Position numbers and translations under genes: made by a program. The notes under the pieces were generated by a model. It did not search any database. It was not told the origin of the DNA and worked only from the letters and a program-made list of their open reading frames with translations. Below are positions 13,801-25,900 of a stretch of 64,000 nt of DNA, one piece after another. Each line of letters opens with the position of its first letter. Within the stretch, counting starts at the first letter, position 1. The stretch comes from Cycas panzhihuaensis (taxonomy: Eukaryota > Plantae > Cycadophyta): the NCBI GenBank assembly GCA_023213395.1, contig CM041465.1, positions 122,333,741-122,397,740 on the forward strand. Direction: 5' to 3'.

Positions 13801-16800
13801 ACTTGCCATGTAAATTCACATGCAACAAGCACACAACATCGCCCTTCTTCACCATTTTTGCTAATAAACTTCCCCATGTAAAATACATGCTAGAGAGCAC
13901 CATTTCAATGCCAATTATCACCACCTCTAAAAAAAGAGTGTAAACTAAACACTCACATTACCTTATCAATGCCTCATATCACTAAGACATGTCTTTAAAA
14001 TCACCTTATCAATGCCTCATATCGTATGCATGCCATTAAATCAAAGTGATAAAGAACTATGTACTTTAACCTTTAAAAAGAATAATGAAACCATGCATTA
14101 ATCCATATGTATAGCTAACTTGATTAAAGCCATCTCTATATTATTAAATCATTATAAATAAAATGATTTAACAACCATCAAAGGCAATGATAGATAATCT
14201 AAGAACTTTTATCAAATAATAAAATAACCTTTAAAAAAAAAGGTTGATGCAATCACCAAGTGACTTTAACACCACTTTATATAACTCAACAGTCTTTGAA
14301 ACTTATCAATGATAAATTGTGACTACGTAATCATCATGGATGACAATTGAAAATTATCAAATGGCTAGAGCATATATATCAAAGACATATTAAATGACAT
14401 AACCATCAAACGTAAAGATGACGAACATCAATGAAAGGCAGTGATAATGCATATCACATACGAATGGCTGTAATACACAACCAATAACTCTCACATTACC
14501 ACGAAGAAACTATATACTGTTGTGTGACAACACAATCTTCAACAAAGGGTGATTGTATATTAAATATAACAATGAGCGAAATTATAAAGAGTGGCTACAA
14601 AATAGAATAATGTGCAGGTGACTATGTATTCATCACATAGATCAAAAATAATGACTGTGTATACTATGTATTCATCACAGTGACGTCGAATAGTAAATAA
14701 TTGACGATTATCATCACACAAATCTACGTATAGGTGCTACTTAAGTCACACAAGTGGCAAACAATATTCACAAATGAATAAAAATGTAGGGGCGTCAATA
14801 TTAACTTGCAATCGATGATATCGATAGGATGAAAATATCATCCATGCATGATGCAGGCTCATCAATAATATATGAGGCTACAACATATTGATAATTAGCT
14901 AACTGTGTGACTGAAATATTTATAGGTGATGCAAGATATATATCAGAGGGTAGCAATATTAATCAACATGTAGGAGACACAAAATCAATTAACACAAACT
15001 AGCAAACTAACAACACGTAGGTTGATAAACATCATGAGATATGACTCAAGTATCACCACATAGTCTTAGGTGTGTATGCAACAATTGGGTATTAGTATGC
15101 ACGGTAACCAATATTACATAATAACCACACAGGTTATTTATCATGCAGTGACTGCATTAGTATATTCACATCAAATATATTAGGGCGACAAAAATATACC
15201 ATAATTGTTAATTATAAACAGTATGCACAAAGGCCATAACATAGTAACAGACCTCACAATATAATATTCAAATCCTAAATTCAAATGGATAATAAATATC
15301 TAAGTATACCTTTTGATATTATGCCGTATTAATGATTTTATAGCTCTACAATTGGCCTTCTAAGGTTTCTGCACTCTCTCACCAACAATAGAGGGCTGGC
15401 AATTGACTCTAGAGTATCCAAACTTAGTGGCAACTTCAAACAAGGATCTGACACCTTCAATAGGTTTAAATGACTCTCACATGGCTGGCAACAGAGTTAA
15501 AACTCATCTATGCACCTCCATATGGCTCAAACTACCTACAAACAATGGATAGAAGGCTCCTGGGATTCTCAATAATCACCTGCACCACTGTGGCTATTCT
15601 GTAGGGTTATGAGGCACACCAATATACTAAGGGCAAGCCAACATGACCTGACACCATTAATTGGACCTCCAATAACATTCATCTACCTGTGCATGATGTA
15701 CAAGCTCTGATACCATGTTAGAAAATGTAACTGGAGCAAACAAGGTTGATAGGATCTTTCACATCAAGCAGATAACAAGTAGAAGCAGATCACATAAGAC
15801 ACCAAATTATTGTGGGAAACCGTTACAGGTAAAAACCCATAAATGAATAATATTCACATTATGAAAAAATGATATGTTATAAAGATGGACTTTGATCTAT
15901 ATTTATAGATCTAAAGTGCCAAATATAATTATAAATACATCCATTAGGTCACCACAATTAAGGATATTCCTCCACATAATTAGGCATTAAACTAGGAGGC
16001 TCATTTTACATTAGGTGGTATGGACACATTTTCTAACAGAAACCTTAATAAATGACCATAAAATTTCTTCATAAAAGACATTGTAATTATGTCTCAAGAT
16101 AACATCTTCCTTTTTCTTTCCAATCCTTTACTAATTTTCATTTAAAAAAAGGCAACAAAAGAAGAAATTATAAAGATTTAACAAAACCACCACCAAAACA
16201 AGAAGGATGAGATAAAATATCTTGGAAAACTTGACTGCTATAAAGAATGGGAGGGAGGAGCATAGAATGATGGTAAAGAGAAATAACTCTCTTCAACTTA
16301 ACTAATCTTTAAAAGTCCCATAAAGGGCTAATCTTTTAGCTAAGTTTATTCTAAGGAAAAATGAATCACAATAAGAACTAGTACTAAGATTATGAAGATA
16401 GTATGAAAAGGTATAATATGAAAATCAATCCATAAAAAATAAAGCAAAAGAGCCATAAACAACATTACCAGACCTCAGATAAAAGATTTGTATCTCAAAT
16501 GAAGGCTTTGTAGAAGTTAGACATTTCAACAAATCTCAAAAAAAAGATTTCAGCAGTATTTTCAAGTTTCGAAGTCCCTTTCTCTCAATTCTTTATTTTC
16601 TTTCTTTTTTTTTCTTGCCAAGATCTAACATATAACTAGTTCTATAGAGCCTAGGAGGTTTTTGGGTGAAAGAGAAGGCAAAACCACAAAATTTGGATGG
16701 TAGTGAATGAACACAAAGGTAAAATAACATGCTTGACCCAAAAAATTTTGCATGTAGAATAGTAAAAAATATAATTTTCTTCATAAAATACGATTTGTCA

Positions 16801-17361
16801 TAGTTTATAAAGGACAAAAGATGTGATTTTATTCATAAAATGTTATTAATCACATTTTGTGAATAAAATCATATTTTTGATAATGTCAAAAATGCGAAGA
16901 AATAGAATTTAAAAAATAAGAGAAAACATAAAAAATATGAAATATTAATAAGGAGAAAAATAATTATAATGGGGACAAAAATGGCCCAAAAGAGATGATC
17001 AAATGACAACAAAGCCTGAAAACTCCAAAGGTTAATAATCAAAATGCAGAATTAAGAGAAGAAAAGGTAAAATTTAAGGAAAGTGGTTTGGAATGGATAA
17101 AAGGGATGATTAATTGTTATAGTTTTCATTCATCAACACATGAAAAAATATCATCATATATACATCATCATTCAATCATACATCATCATCAATACTTGTA
17201 TATAATTTCATCAAAATCAAACTAAGTTCCTTTATAAGTAACAATAATATACACCAAACAACTGATTAACATTTATTTAATAAGTAAATACATACATGAA
17301 GGAATAAACCCATTGATAAGATACACAAAATTCTATCAAGGGCCAGATTTTGGGGAAATAA
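10885..17361 (-). repeat. Probable 5' LTR of the Tat/Ogre-like element (about 2.2 kb, split by element D)
   Basis: Starts directly after the PBS and is non-coding. The distal end reads ttatttccccaaaatctggccc on minus, resembling Tat/Ogre LTR starts. No partner LTR found. Confidence 0.35.
11818..16038 (-). mobile_element. Element D: non-autonomous LTR retrotransposon with patchwork copia IN/RT remnants
   Basis: LTRs 11818-12140 and 15716-16038 (323 bp each). TSD GAAAC (11813-17 / 16039-43). PBS reverse complement at 15704-15715; PPT reverse complement tcccctctta at 12141-12150. RT remnant QEEGLRYDETFALV in ORF 12423-12623. Confidence 0.92.
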
Positions 17362-20300
17362 TTATTATACATACTTGTTATATTTTTGTTGTATTATACT
17401 CATTACATCATAACATGATATTCTAGATTCTAGTTTGGTATCAAAATAAATTTATATTTATAACATCCATTAGGGTAAATGTAACTATAAATTCTAGGGT
17501 ATAACATCATATAAGTACCATGTGGGTCTTGTTACCCAATTTCCACCTTTAAATCTCACTTATACCATGTTGACAAGCTCTTCACACTCCTCTCAATGCT
17601 CTAGGTGATATTATTGCGTATTTTAAGGGTCAAGAGGCTATAGACAATAACACCCCTCCCTCCCTCCCCCCTATAACCCCTTTATCATTTTATTCTACCT
17701 ATTTGCCCTAGTTCCTAGCTTCTTATTATCCCATTCTATTTGTTCTTTCTCCAACTTTGTGCATACCCTTCTTCTTACTTATCCTCTTTTCTTACAATCT
17801 CATTCCTCTAGTCATGACACTAGATTTGACATCTATAGTAGCTACATAGGTAAAATACATTCAAGCCTTAGAAGTCTAGTTCTAAGAAATATTTAACAAT
17901 ATCAATACATTAAATAAGAGATTAATCAATTTAGATTAGCAGGTCAAGGAATCTAACCTAAAGTAAGACTCATTTGAATAAAATAGGACTTACTTGATCA
18001 AAAGTTAGATAAAATATTTTAGTGAATGCAAGTAAATCCTCACACATCCCCCATAAGTCCATTCACCTCTAACAAGTCAGAACCACCACCAACATACACT
18101 CTACAATAAACACAAGCTCATCATAAGATCACCATACCAATCTTTGACCTAGATCTTAATAGGGATTTTACTCAAAATTGGGTTTATAAATTGATGTCAT
18201 ACTTTACCTTGAATCCCATGCCCATCATAAAATAATTAATCTTTACTTTAATCCACTTAGATGGGAAAGCCTATCATTAGCTCCAATGGTGGAGTTAAGG
18301 GAATCTAATGAGCCAAATATGGGACCTTTTCTCTGAGTTTTTTTGAATCACTTATTTTTAGCCAACTTACTAGAGTTAGATAGATAACTTTAGTCAAGGC
18401 ATATATTGGTGAATTTTAGACACTAGAAAATTGAGTATCTCAGCCACTTTATGTCTAAAGTCTCATTGATATTTATACTTCTAATCTTAAGGAACATATT
18501 CAAATATACTTAAAAGTTATTACTGTGTATTCCTTAAAAGATGCCATATCCAAAGTAAGGCTAGTTGAAGGAGAATTTATAGTAGGATGTCCAACCACTT
18601 TTAGGAGAGACTCTTCGTGGTACCAATGACCCTTTAACTAGTATCACTAATGCCTCTAATTAGATGAATACCAATGACTGAGACTAAACTCCTATTTAGG
18701 TCTAGTTCATGTTCCATCTATAAAAGTTAATCATTGTGTAAAGACCAACCTCTATGTTAAGTACTTAGAAAAGTGGGCTCTTAGTCTCATAAAGGTATGT
18801 AAGGCAAGGTGCATGATTTTCAACATTAACCCTAATATTAATGAGGATTCTAAAGTTAAAACTAAACCTAAACTTAAGGATGAACCCCCTAAATAATATT
18901 CCTTATCTATTTCTGAGCTTGATATATCCCTATCAATAGTTTTTTTGTCATCTTAACCTGAATCACTTCACATAAAAGGCACCCTATAAAAGACACCCAT
19001 GTTATTATTAATCAATCATGGTATATCATTAAATTTCATAGACATATCTCTAAATTAATAATCAAACCTATATATTATCCTAAAAATAAGATTCACTTGC
19101 TCCTTACCCAGCCATTAAACCTTACACTTTGCAGGTGCCATAAAAAACCTATATCTTCAAATTAGTACCTAGTGGCTCACATCCAATTTTTATGCCATGT
19201 CTCTAGAAGGATCTAATGCCATCTTTGGAGTCTAATGGCTCTAGATGCTAGGCATTTATAGTATGAATAATTCCCCTACCAACCTATTCATCTTATTTAA
19301 GGATTAGATGGGCTATACACAAAATTGTATGGGATCCAATCACTTCCTAACCAATTTATTATAAAGAAAATAACTAAGAAAAATAATATAATAATAGAAT
19401 TTAAAATAATATAAAAAGTAAATAAATAAATCCAAATACATGAATAAATAACAACTAGAGATTTAAGTCTAAGCATAAACTATTTTATTAATCAAAGTAA
19501 TAGCTAAAGAATTATAAAGAGATCCTAACTCTCTTCTCATTCACATATCCTACCTTTTTACATATGTTATTACAAAGGTATACATAGATATAATTTTATA
19601 AGATACTACCTTGCAATTTTACAAATACAATGGACATAAACAATGGGCTATAAAGACAACCATAAGACACCTAAAACTTTTTCATGAGATCTTCTGCCCC
19701 TAATCCATTTCTAAGAGGGCCATTGGCCCCTTAAAACCCTTAACCAAGGGCCCTTATTAGCCTCTCAAACCCCACAAAGAGGTATAGGTAGAATGCTTGT
19801 ACCCATGTGACACTTGTAAAGTGTTTATCATATCTAACAATCTCCTACTTATTGAATAATTTGCAAGAAACTTATATACATAGCTATTAAATGTTAAAAT
19901 CACAAATGCCTATTATTTTTCTACATTATCTAAACCTTTTTATACTAATAACCTTAGTCAATGAGTCTATAACATTCTCTTGTATATTAACCTTTTGCAA
20001 GCCCACTTTATTGTAATCAACTATTTCTCTCACAAAATGGAATTACACATTGATATGCTTTGATTTAACATAAAAAAAATGGTTCTTTACTAAATATATT
20101 ATGCTTTGACTATCATAATCTATCCTCACAGTTTTCTACTTAAATTTAACATCTATGTATAATCCCTATAACTAAACTACTTCCTTGCATACATGAGTAG
20201 CTACTATATACTTTGCTTCTATTCTTAAAATTATAATAACCTATTATCTCTTACTCATATAACTAACTATACCACCACAGAGGGTAAATATATACATGCT

Positions 20301-21859
20301 TATAGATCTTATGTTATTAAGATCTCCCACCTAATCAACATCAATAAATCCTTTAATATCCACTATTCTACTCTTCATGGGAACTCCTTCGTAAGAAATT
20401 TTATAGTTTGATGTACCTCATAAATACCTAAAAATCCTTTTTATATCACTCTAATGCTCACTACCTGGGTTTGACATGTATCTACTAACAACTCCCACTA
20501 CATGGATACTGAGTACTGACCATTATATACATCTTGATGAGTCTTTGGGTATTACTCAATTAATAGTTTAAAATCAATAGGAAAATGAATATTTAATGGA
20601 TTATAGTTTTGTATTTAAACCCCTATAGCATTATTTCAATATATCATCTTTAGTTGAGCCAAATCTTTCTCTTTTTCCTAACTCTCTTGATTTCAATGCC
20701 CAAAATAAAATTTATAGCACTAAGGTCCTTCATCTTAAAATGAGATGCTAGTTGGGCTTTCATAAGCTAGTTCATTCTTTTACTGTTATCTATTAATAAT
20801 ATATTATTAATATGTAAAGCTAAGATAATAAAATACTCACTAAACCTATTTTAAATAGATTTATAAATCAACCTTACTATATATAAAGTCATCGACTAGT
20901 ATGTGTAAGTCAAATTTCTAGTACCACATCCTCAAGACTATTTCAAGCCATATATTAACTTCTTTAACCTATACATCATATTCTCCTTGTCTACAAGTTT
21001 AAAACCTTCAAGCTGTAATATATAAATTTCTTTCTCGAGGTCACCATGAAGAAAAACTGTCTTCACATCTATGTGATCAACCTTAAGATTACAGGTAACT
21101 ACTATAGCCAATAGAAATATGATTAAAGTAAATTTTGTAACAAGAGAATAAACCTCATCAAAATCTATTCCCTTTACTTAAGAATAATCCTTTATTACCA
21201 AATGGGGCTTGTACTTTTCCACAGTGCCATTTGCTCAAAACTTCTTCTTAAAGATCTATTTATTATATATAGGTTTCCTATTATCTAGTAGATTCACCAA
21301 GTCTTATGTTTTATTCTTGTCTAAGGCTATCATTTCTTCTTCTATGGCCTTTTTCCAAAGTTGTCTCTCTTTTAACTCTAAAGCCTGTCGAACAATACAT
21401 GGATCTTCACTTGCAGTAATTAAACCAATAAGGAATGACAAAAGTCTTCAAGAATATACTTGTTAAGCTATTTTTTCTTATAAGTTAATCTCCTCAAGAT
21501 GTAGGGTTTTTTAGGTTAGGCCGCCTCCTTAGCTAATTCATTATATTTAGCTGACTCATATTTTGATACAAAATCTTCATCTTGTTAGAAATCAACCTTA
21601 CATAAACAAACTTCGCAAACAAAATGAACAGAACCAAACGCACCTCCACAGGATCGAACGGTACCCTTAAGGTACCTCCATTATATTAAGAAAATATCAT
21701 TACAACAACATTCCCATATGATACATAATATTGTGTATTTATAATACAAGTCATATTGGAAGAGTAGGACCCACTTGCATGTGGGATAGATCAAATGTAC
21801 ATTAATATTCTAACACTCCCCCTTAATGTACATTTGGATCATTTGTATTTGCAACGCTT

Positions 21860-22030
21860 TGTCCTTGGAAATGTCTTGAGAATGATGTCTTCAACCTGAT
21901 CCTTGTCTTTAATCTTATAGTAATGTCTTTCCAGCAGAATGATGTCTTCATCTTGATTTTTGTCTTCAATTTTGTATTGATGCCTTTGTAAGATGATATC
22001 TTTAGCTTGATTTCCATCTTAAATTCTGTA
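21860..22030. repeat. About three degenerate tandem copies of a roughly 55-bp unit between gag and PPT of element C
   Basis: gatgtcttcaacctgatccttgtc / gatgtcttcatcttgatttttgtc / gatatctttagcttgatttccatc. Confidence 0.65.
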
Positions 22031-22069
22031 GTGACAACGTTGATATAACTACTCCAGTAAGTATAAATC

Positions 22070-22926
22070 CTATTCCTTTATTGCGGCTGGTCTAATCTGA
22101 TGAAGATCCTGTAAGTAACCATCTTCAATCATAACTTGCTTGTCATCCTTGTCCTGTATAAGTTCTTGATCACTATGTATAATAATGACTTCTTCAATCT
22201 TTAGAGTAGAATCTTGATCGACTAGCATACTCTTTGAACTTGAATTAATGCTTAAAGAATGACCGTCATCAATATAAGATTCATCCTTTATAGGATCATT
22301 AGATTCAATTTCTCTTGAAATCAATTTATCACTTTTAATATCTTCATCTGTAATCTTATCAATGCATTCATAGTAGAAGTTTTGTCAGTGCTCAGACATT
22401 CTTCATCTTCATATGTGGTTTCATTAATGTTGATAATACTTTCTTCATTCATTGTACCTGTACCATAACTAGCCTTAATTACCTTTTCAATCATACGTTG
22501 CGTTTCTTCAGGAGTTTGTTCAAATACTTCCCTTAAAAAATCCCAAGCTTCTTTAGCATTACTTGCATGTAGAATCATAGGAATAACAAAATGGAATTTG
22601 GAGGGAAGATCAATCTCATTGAATGCAGCATGAATCATAATGAATGCCATTCTATCTTTCTTCTCAAGCATTTCTTTTTCTTCATCATCATTAGGGATAT
22701 CATATTCATCCGTAACAATCTTCCACAAACCTCTAGCTATGAATAAACATCTCATTTTAATTGTCCAAAAGAAGTAGTCTTCACCATTGCATTTAGGTAC
22801 TGGAAGAAATGAATCCCTTAAGTAATATTCATTTGTTTCAGGAGCATAAATAACTACATCATTATACTCCATGATTGTAAATGCCATGTCCATATACCAC
22901 GTCCCTTTTTCAATCAATAAACTCAC
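22070..22926 (-). CDS. Copia-type Gag N-terminal domain (DUF4219 / Retrotran_gag_2-like) with acidic tail, frameshifted near 22321
   Basis: PKCNGEDYFFWTIKMRCLFIARGLWKIV...KKDRMAF.MI...NAKEAWD.L matches the copia Gag N-terminal consensus (F.G.NY..W...M...L....LW..V; D.KA; AKE.WD.L). Confidence 0.75.
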
Positions 22927-25900
22927 TTATCATTGGTAACTTGCCTATTGATCACTCTCAATAAATTTTCTCATGTTTCATATTAACTTTATCATCACAT
23001 CATTGCCTTATCCATTTCATATATCACCAACCAGTCACATAGAATCCAAACACTCACTTTACCAAATCAATGTCTCATGTTATATGTCACTACCAAGACA
23101 CACACTTCACTTGATTGCCCAAAACACTCAACTCATGCCATTACACTTGTAACTCATGTAACTTCAACAAAAACTCATCCTTCTTTACCTGTTCAGATCA
23201 TGAAACATGCCTAATTTCTTCCTTAACTCACCCAATAAAGTGTCCAACCTTGTTATGTAACCTCACATATTACAAGGTTCATAATTGCCAAGTCATCAAT
23301 TCTCTCATGCAAACACATACAACAGAAACAATAGATATCTCTTCTCACTATTAAGTCATCTTATGCATGCCTCTTATAAGGACCATACTCACCTCATCAT
23401 ATATCCATAACAAGTCTCAAGTTAATAGAGTACAAAATATGAGTTAATGTCATCTTACATTACCAAGATACTCTCCCATATGAAATACAAACAAGAAAGC
23501 CTCAACAATCACCTCATCAATACCTCATATCATCAAAGTATTCTCATATAATCATATACAAATGAATAATGAAAAACCTCAAACTTCGTCTCATGTCATC
23601 ATGTCAACACATTAACCAAGAACTTACTTCATAAAACCACTCACTCATATCACCATAAGGCCATAACTGTAAGGACTCCACTATTAACTCAATGCCAAAG
23701 TTTACTTCCTTGTAACAATAGGTCATTTGCTTATCAATCATTACCTTGATCACAATACCTTCTTATTACCTTTCTCATGCCCTTGACATGCCCTCAATTT
23801 TTTCCATCGAAAAGAATACACCATCAAAATATGTCAAATTATCATGCCCATAAAGATCACATTCCAAAGAGTACTAAGTCACCTAACTTACTCATATAAA
23901 CAAGAGAAACAATAGATGTCTCTTCACCCAACTCACTCTCTCATGTGCAGCCCATGTATGATAGCCTCAAATAGATACCTCATATCGCAACATCACCCAA
24001 ATTACTCTTTTATGCTAGAGAGCATCAAACATTGGCAACCTTGCATATCACACAATCACTTGCAAGAGTACAATGCAAGGCCTTAAAATCACCCATTTAC
24101 ATCATCATAAAACTCTCTTATAAAGATTCATGCTAGAGAGTTATCCATATCACCAACATGCCTCTTAAATACACCTCATGTTGCCATCTAACCCATGCAT
24201 ACATCACCACTTTGCCACATCTCAAAATTGTCTTAATCTTCATATATCAATATGAGGTCTTATAAAATATGTTTAGGCCATCAAAGCGTATACACTCTCA
24301 TCTCATTAAGGTTAAAAAATATGACAAAATATATTAACAAAAAAGGTATCAATATACCAAAGTGACTTAAAAATAATCTTAAAAGGGCATTCAAATATCA
24401 AAAACGATTTGATAAAATACTATGGCGAAATAGCAAGCAACAATATATATTGAATATTGAACGTTTAATATATATAAAATACAACTTTATGAGGCAGAAC
24501 AAAAGAAAAAAAAAAAAATCGAAATGCATAATATTCAATGGCCATAATGGAGAATAGACTAACAGATTATAATATATCAATGGTAATGGCAATGTCATTA
24601 CGTGGATATGGGCAAATGCTGTAATGCAGAGATGACGAAGCTATGAATGTTTGCACACAGGTGGATTATGATGTATAAGGTTCAAAGATCATTACATTGA
24701 TTAGATCAACATGGGCCAGGCGACTATATGCAAATAGGTGCAACAACACGATTGCTCAAATACAATAAATAAGTAATGAATATATCATGCAAATGTTGAT
24801 TACCCATGGGCAGAGATCAGATATAAGTTTGTTAAAAATTAATTTTACATGGGCTTCATTAAGTCATCACACAGAAGCTTATAAATATGGCCAAGGATTA
24901 AGTTTTCAATGGGCGACTGTAAAAAATAAAAGACTACAAATGTAGAAAATGTAGCACAAATATCAATGACATATTTCAGTCGACTGTAATATCAAGTTGT
25001 AAGACATATATAAACCTATAAAATGCAATTTAATAAGGCGATTGCACATGATAATTTGAAGAAGATTTACCTGCGTCCATTTTAGATCAAAAACCTTTTG
25101 CAAAGCGTTCTCCGAGGGTTCTAAATTGGGTAAGAAAATAGGGCGAACATATGGATATTAATAGAACGAGTGGCAACTGCATATATAGTGAGGATATATG
25201 AAAAGGATGGCTGTAGAATAATCAATGTAGACTGAAAAATCAACACGTACACTGGGAGAAAAGGCAGCTAAAAATAGTAGCACAATCATTTATGGCAATC
25301 GCAAATATGCATAACTAGTCGAGAAGATTATGCAGAGTAACTGAAAATGAAATACGGAGGGCAGCTCTCAAAATAACTAACATAGATACATAGATCATTA
25401 TGCAACATTTACATATGCAAGAATATAATTGAATGTGAATCGTGCTTTTATAATAATATAGTCAGTTGGGAAATCATATAGTTGGCTAGGCGACCATATT
25501 ATCACAGCAAGCTCAACGTAGAACCTAAATACGGAAGCACTTAATGTGGTGGATGATTCACAAGTGAATAATAACTGTGAATAAATAATAACAGATGATT
25601 ATGATCATCGCGGTGAAAATATATAATGCAGGTTTCAATATAAAGAGCATAGGCATAAATATCACGTGATCCATGGCTGATTAAATACAGAAATACCATT
25701 TATGCAGGGTAAAAAATACAATATGCAGGCTGAAACATTATCATTACACACTGATAGCATAATAAATTTGACGGTCTGTATGTGGAATCCCAAAAGGAAA
25801 AAATATTAATGGAATAAGTTCAGCACCAATTGTGGCATAAGAATGACCAGAGTATTTCAACTGTTATAGTGGAGGCATCGACAAAATCAAAAAATGAAGA

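Noticed and set aside
21659-21680. Near-palindrome ggtacccttaaggtacc in the LTR of C as a MITE or terminator
   Set aside because: Too short, present in both LTRs as ordinary LTR sequence, and without a TSD.
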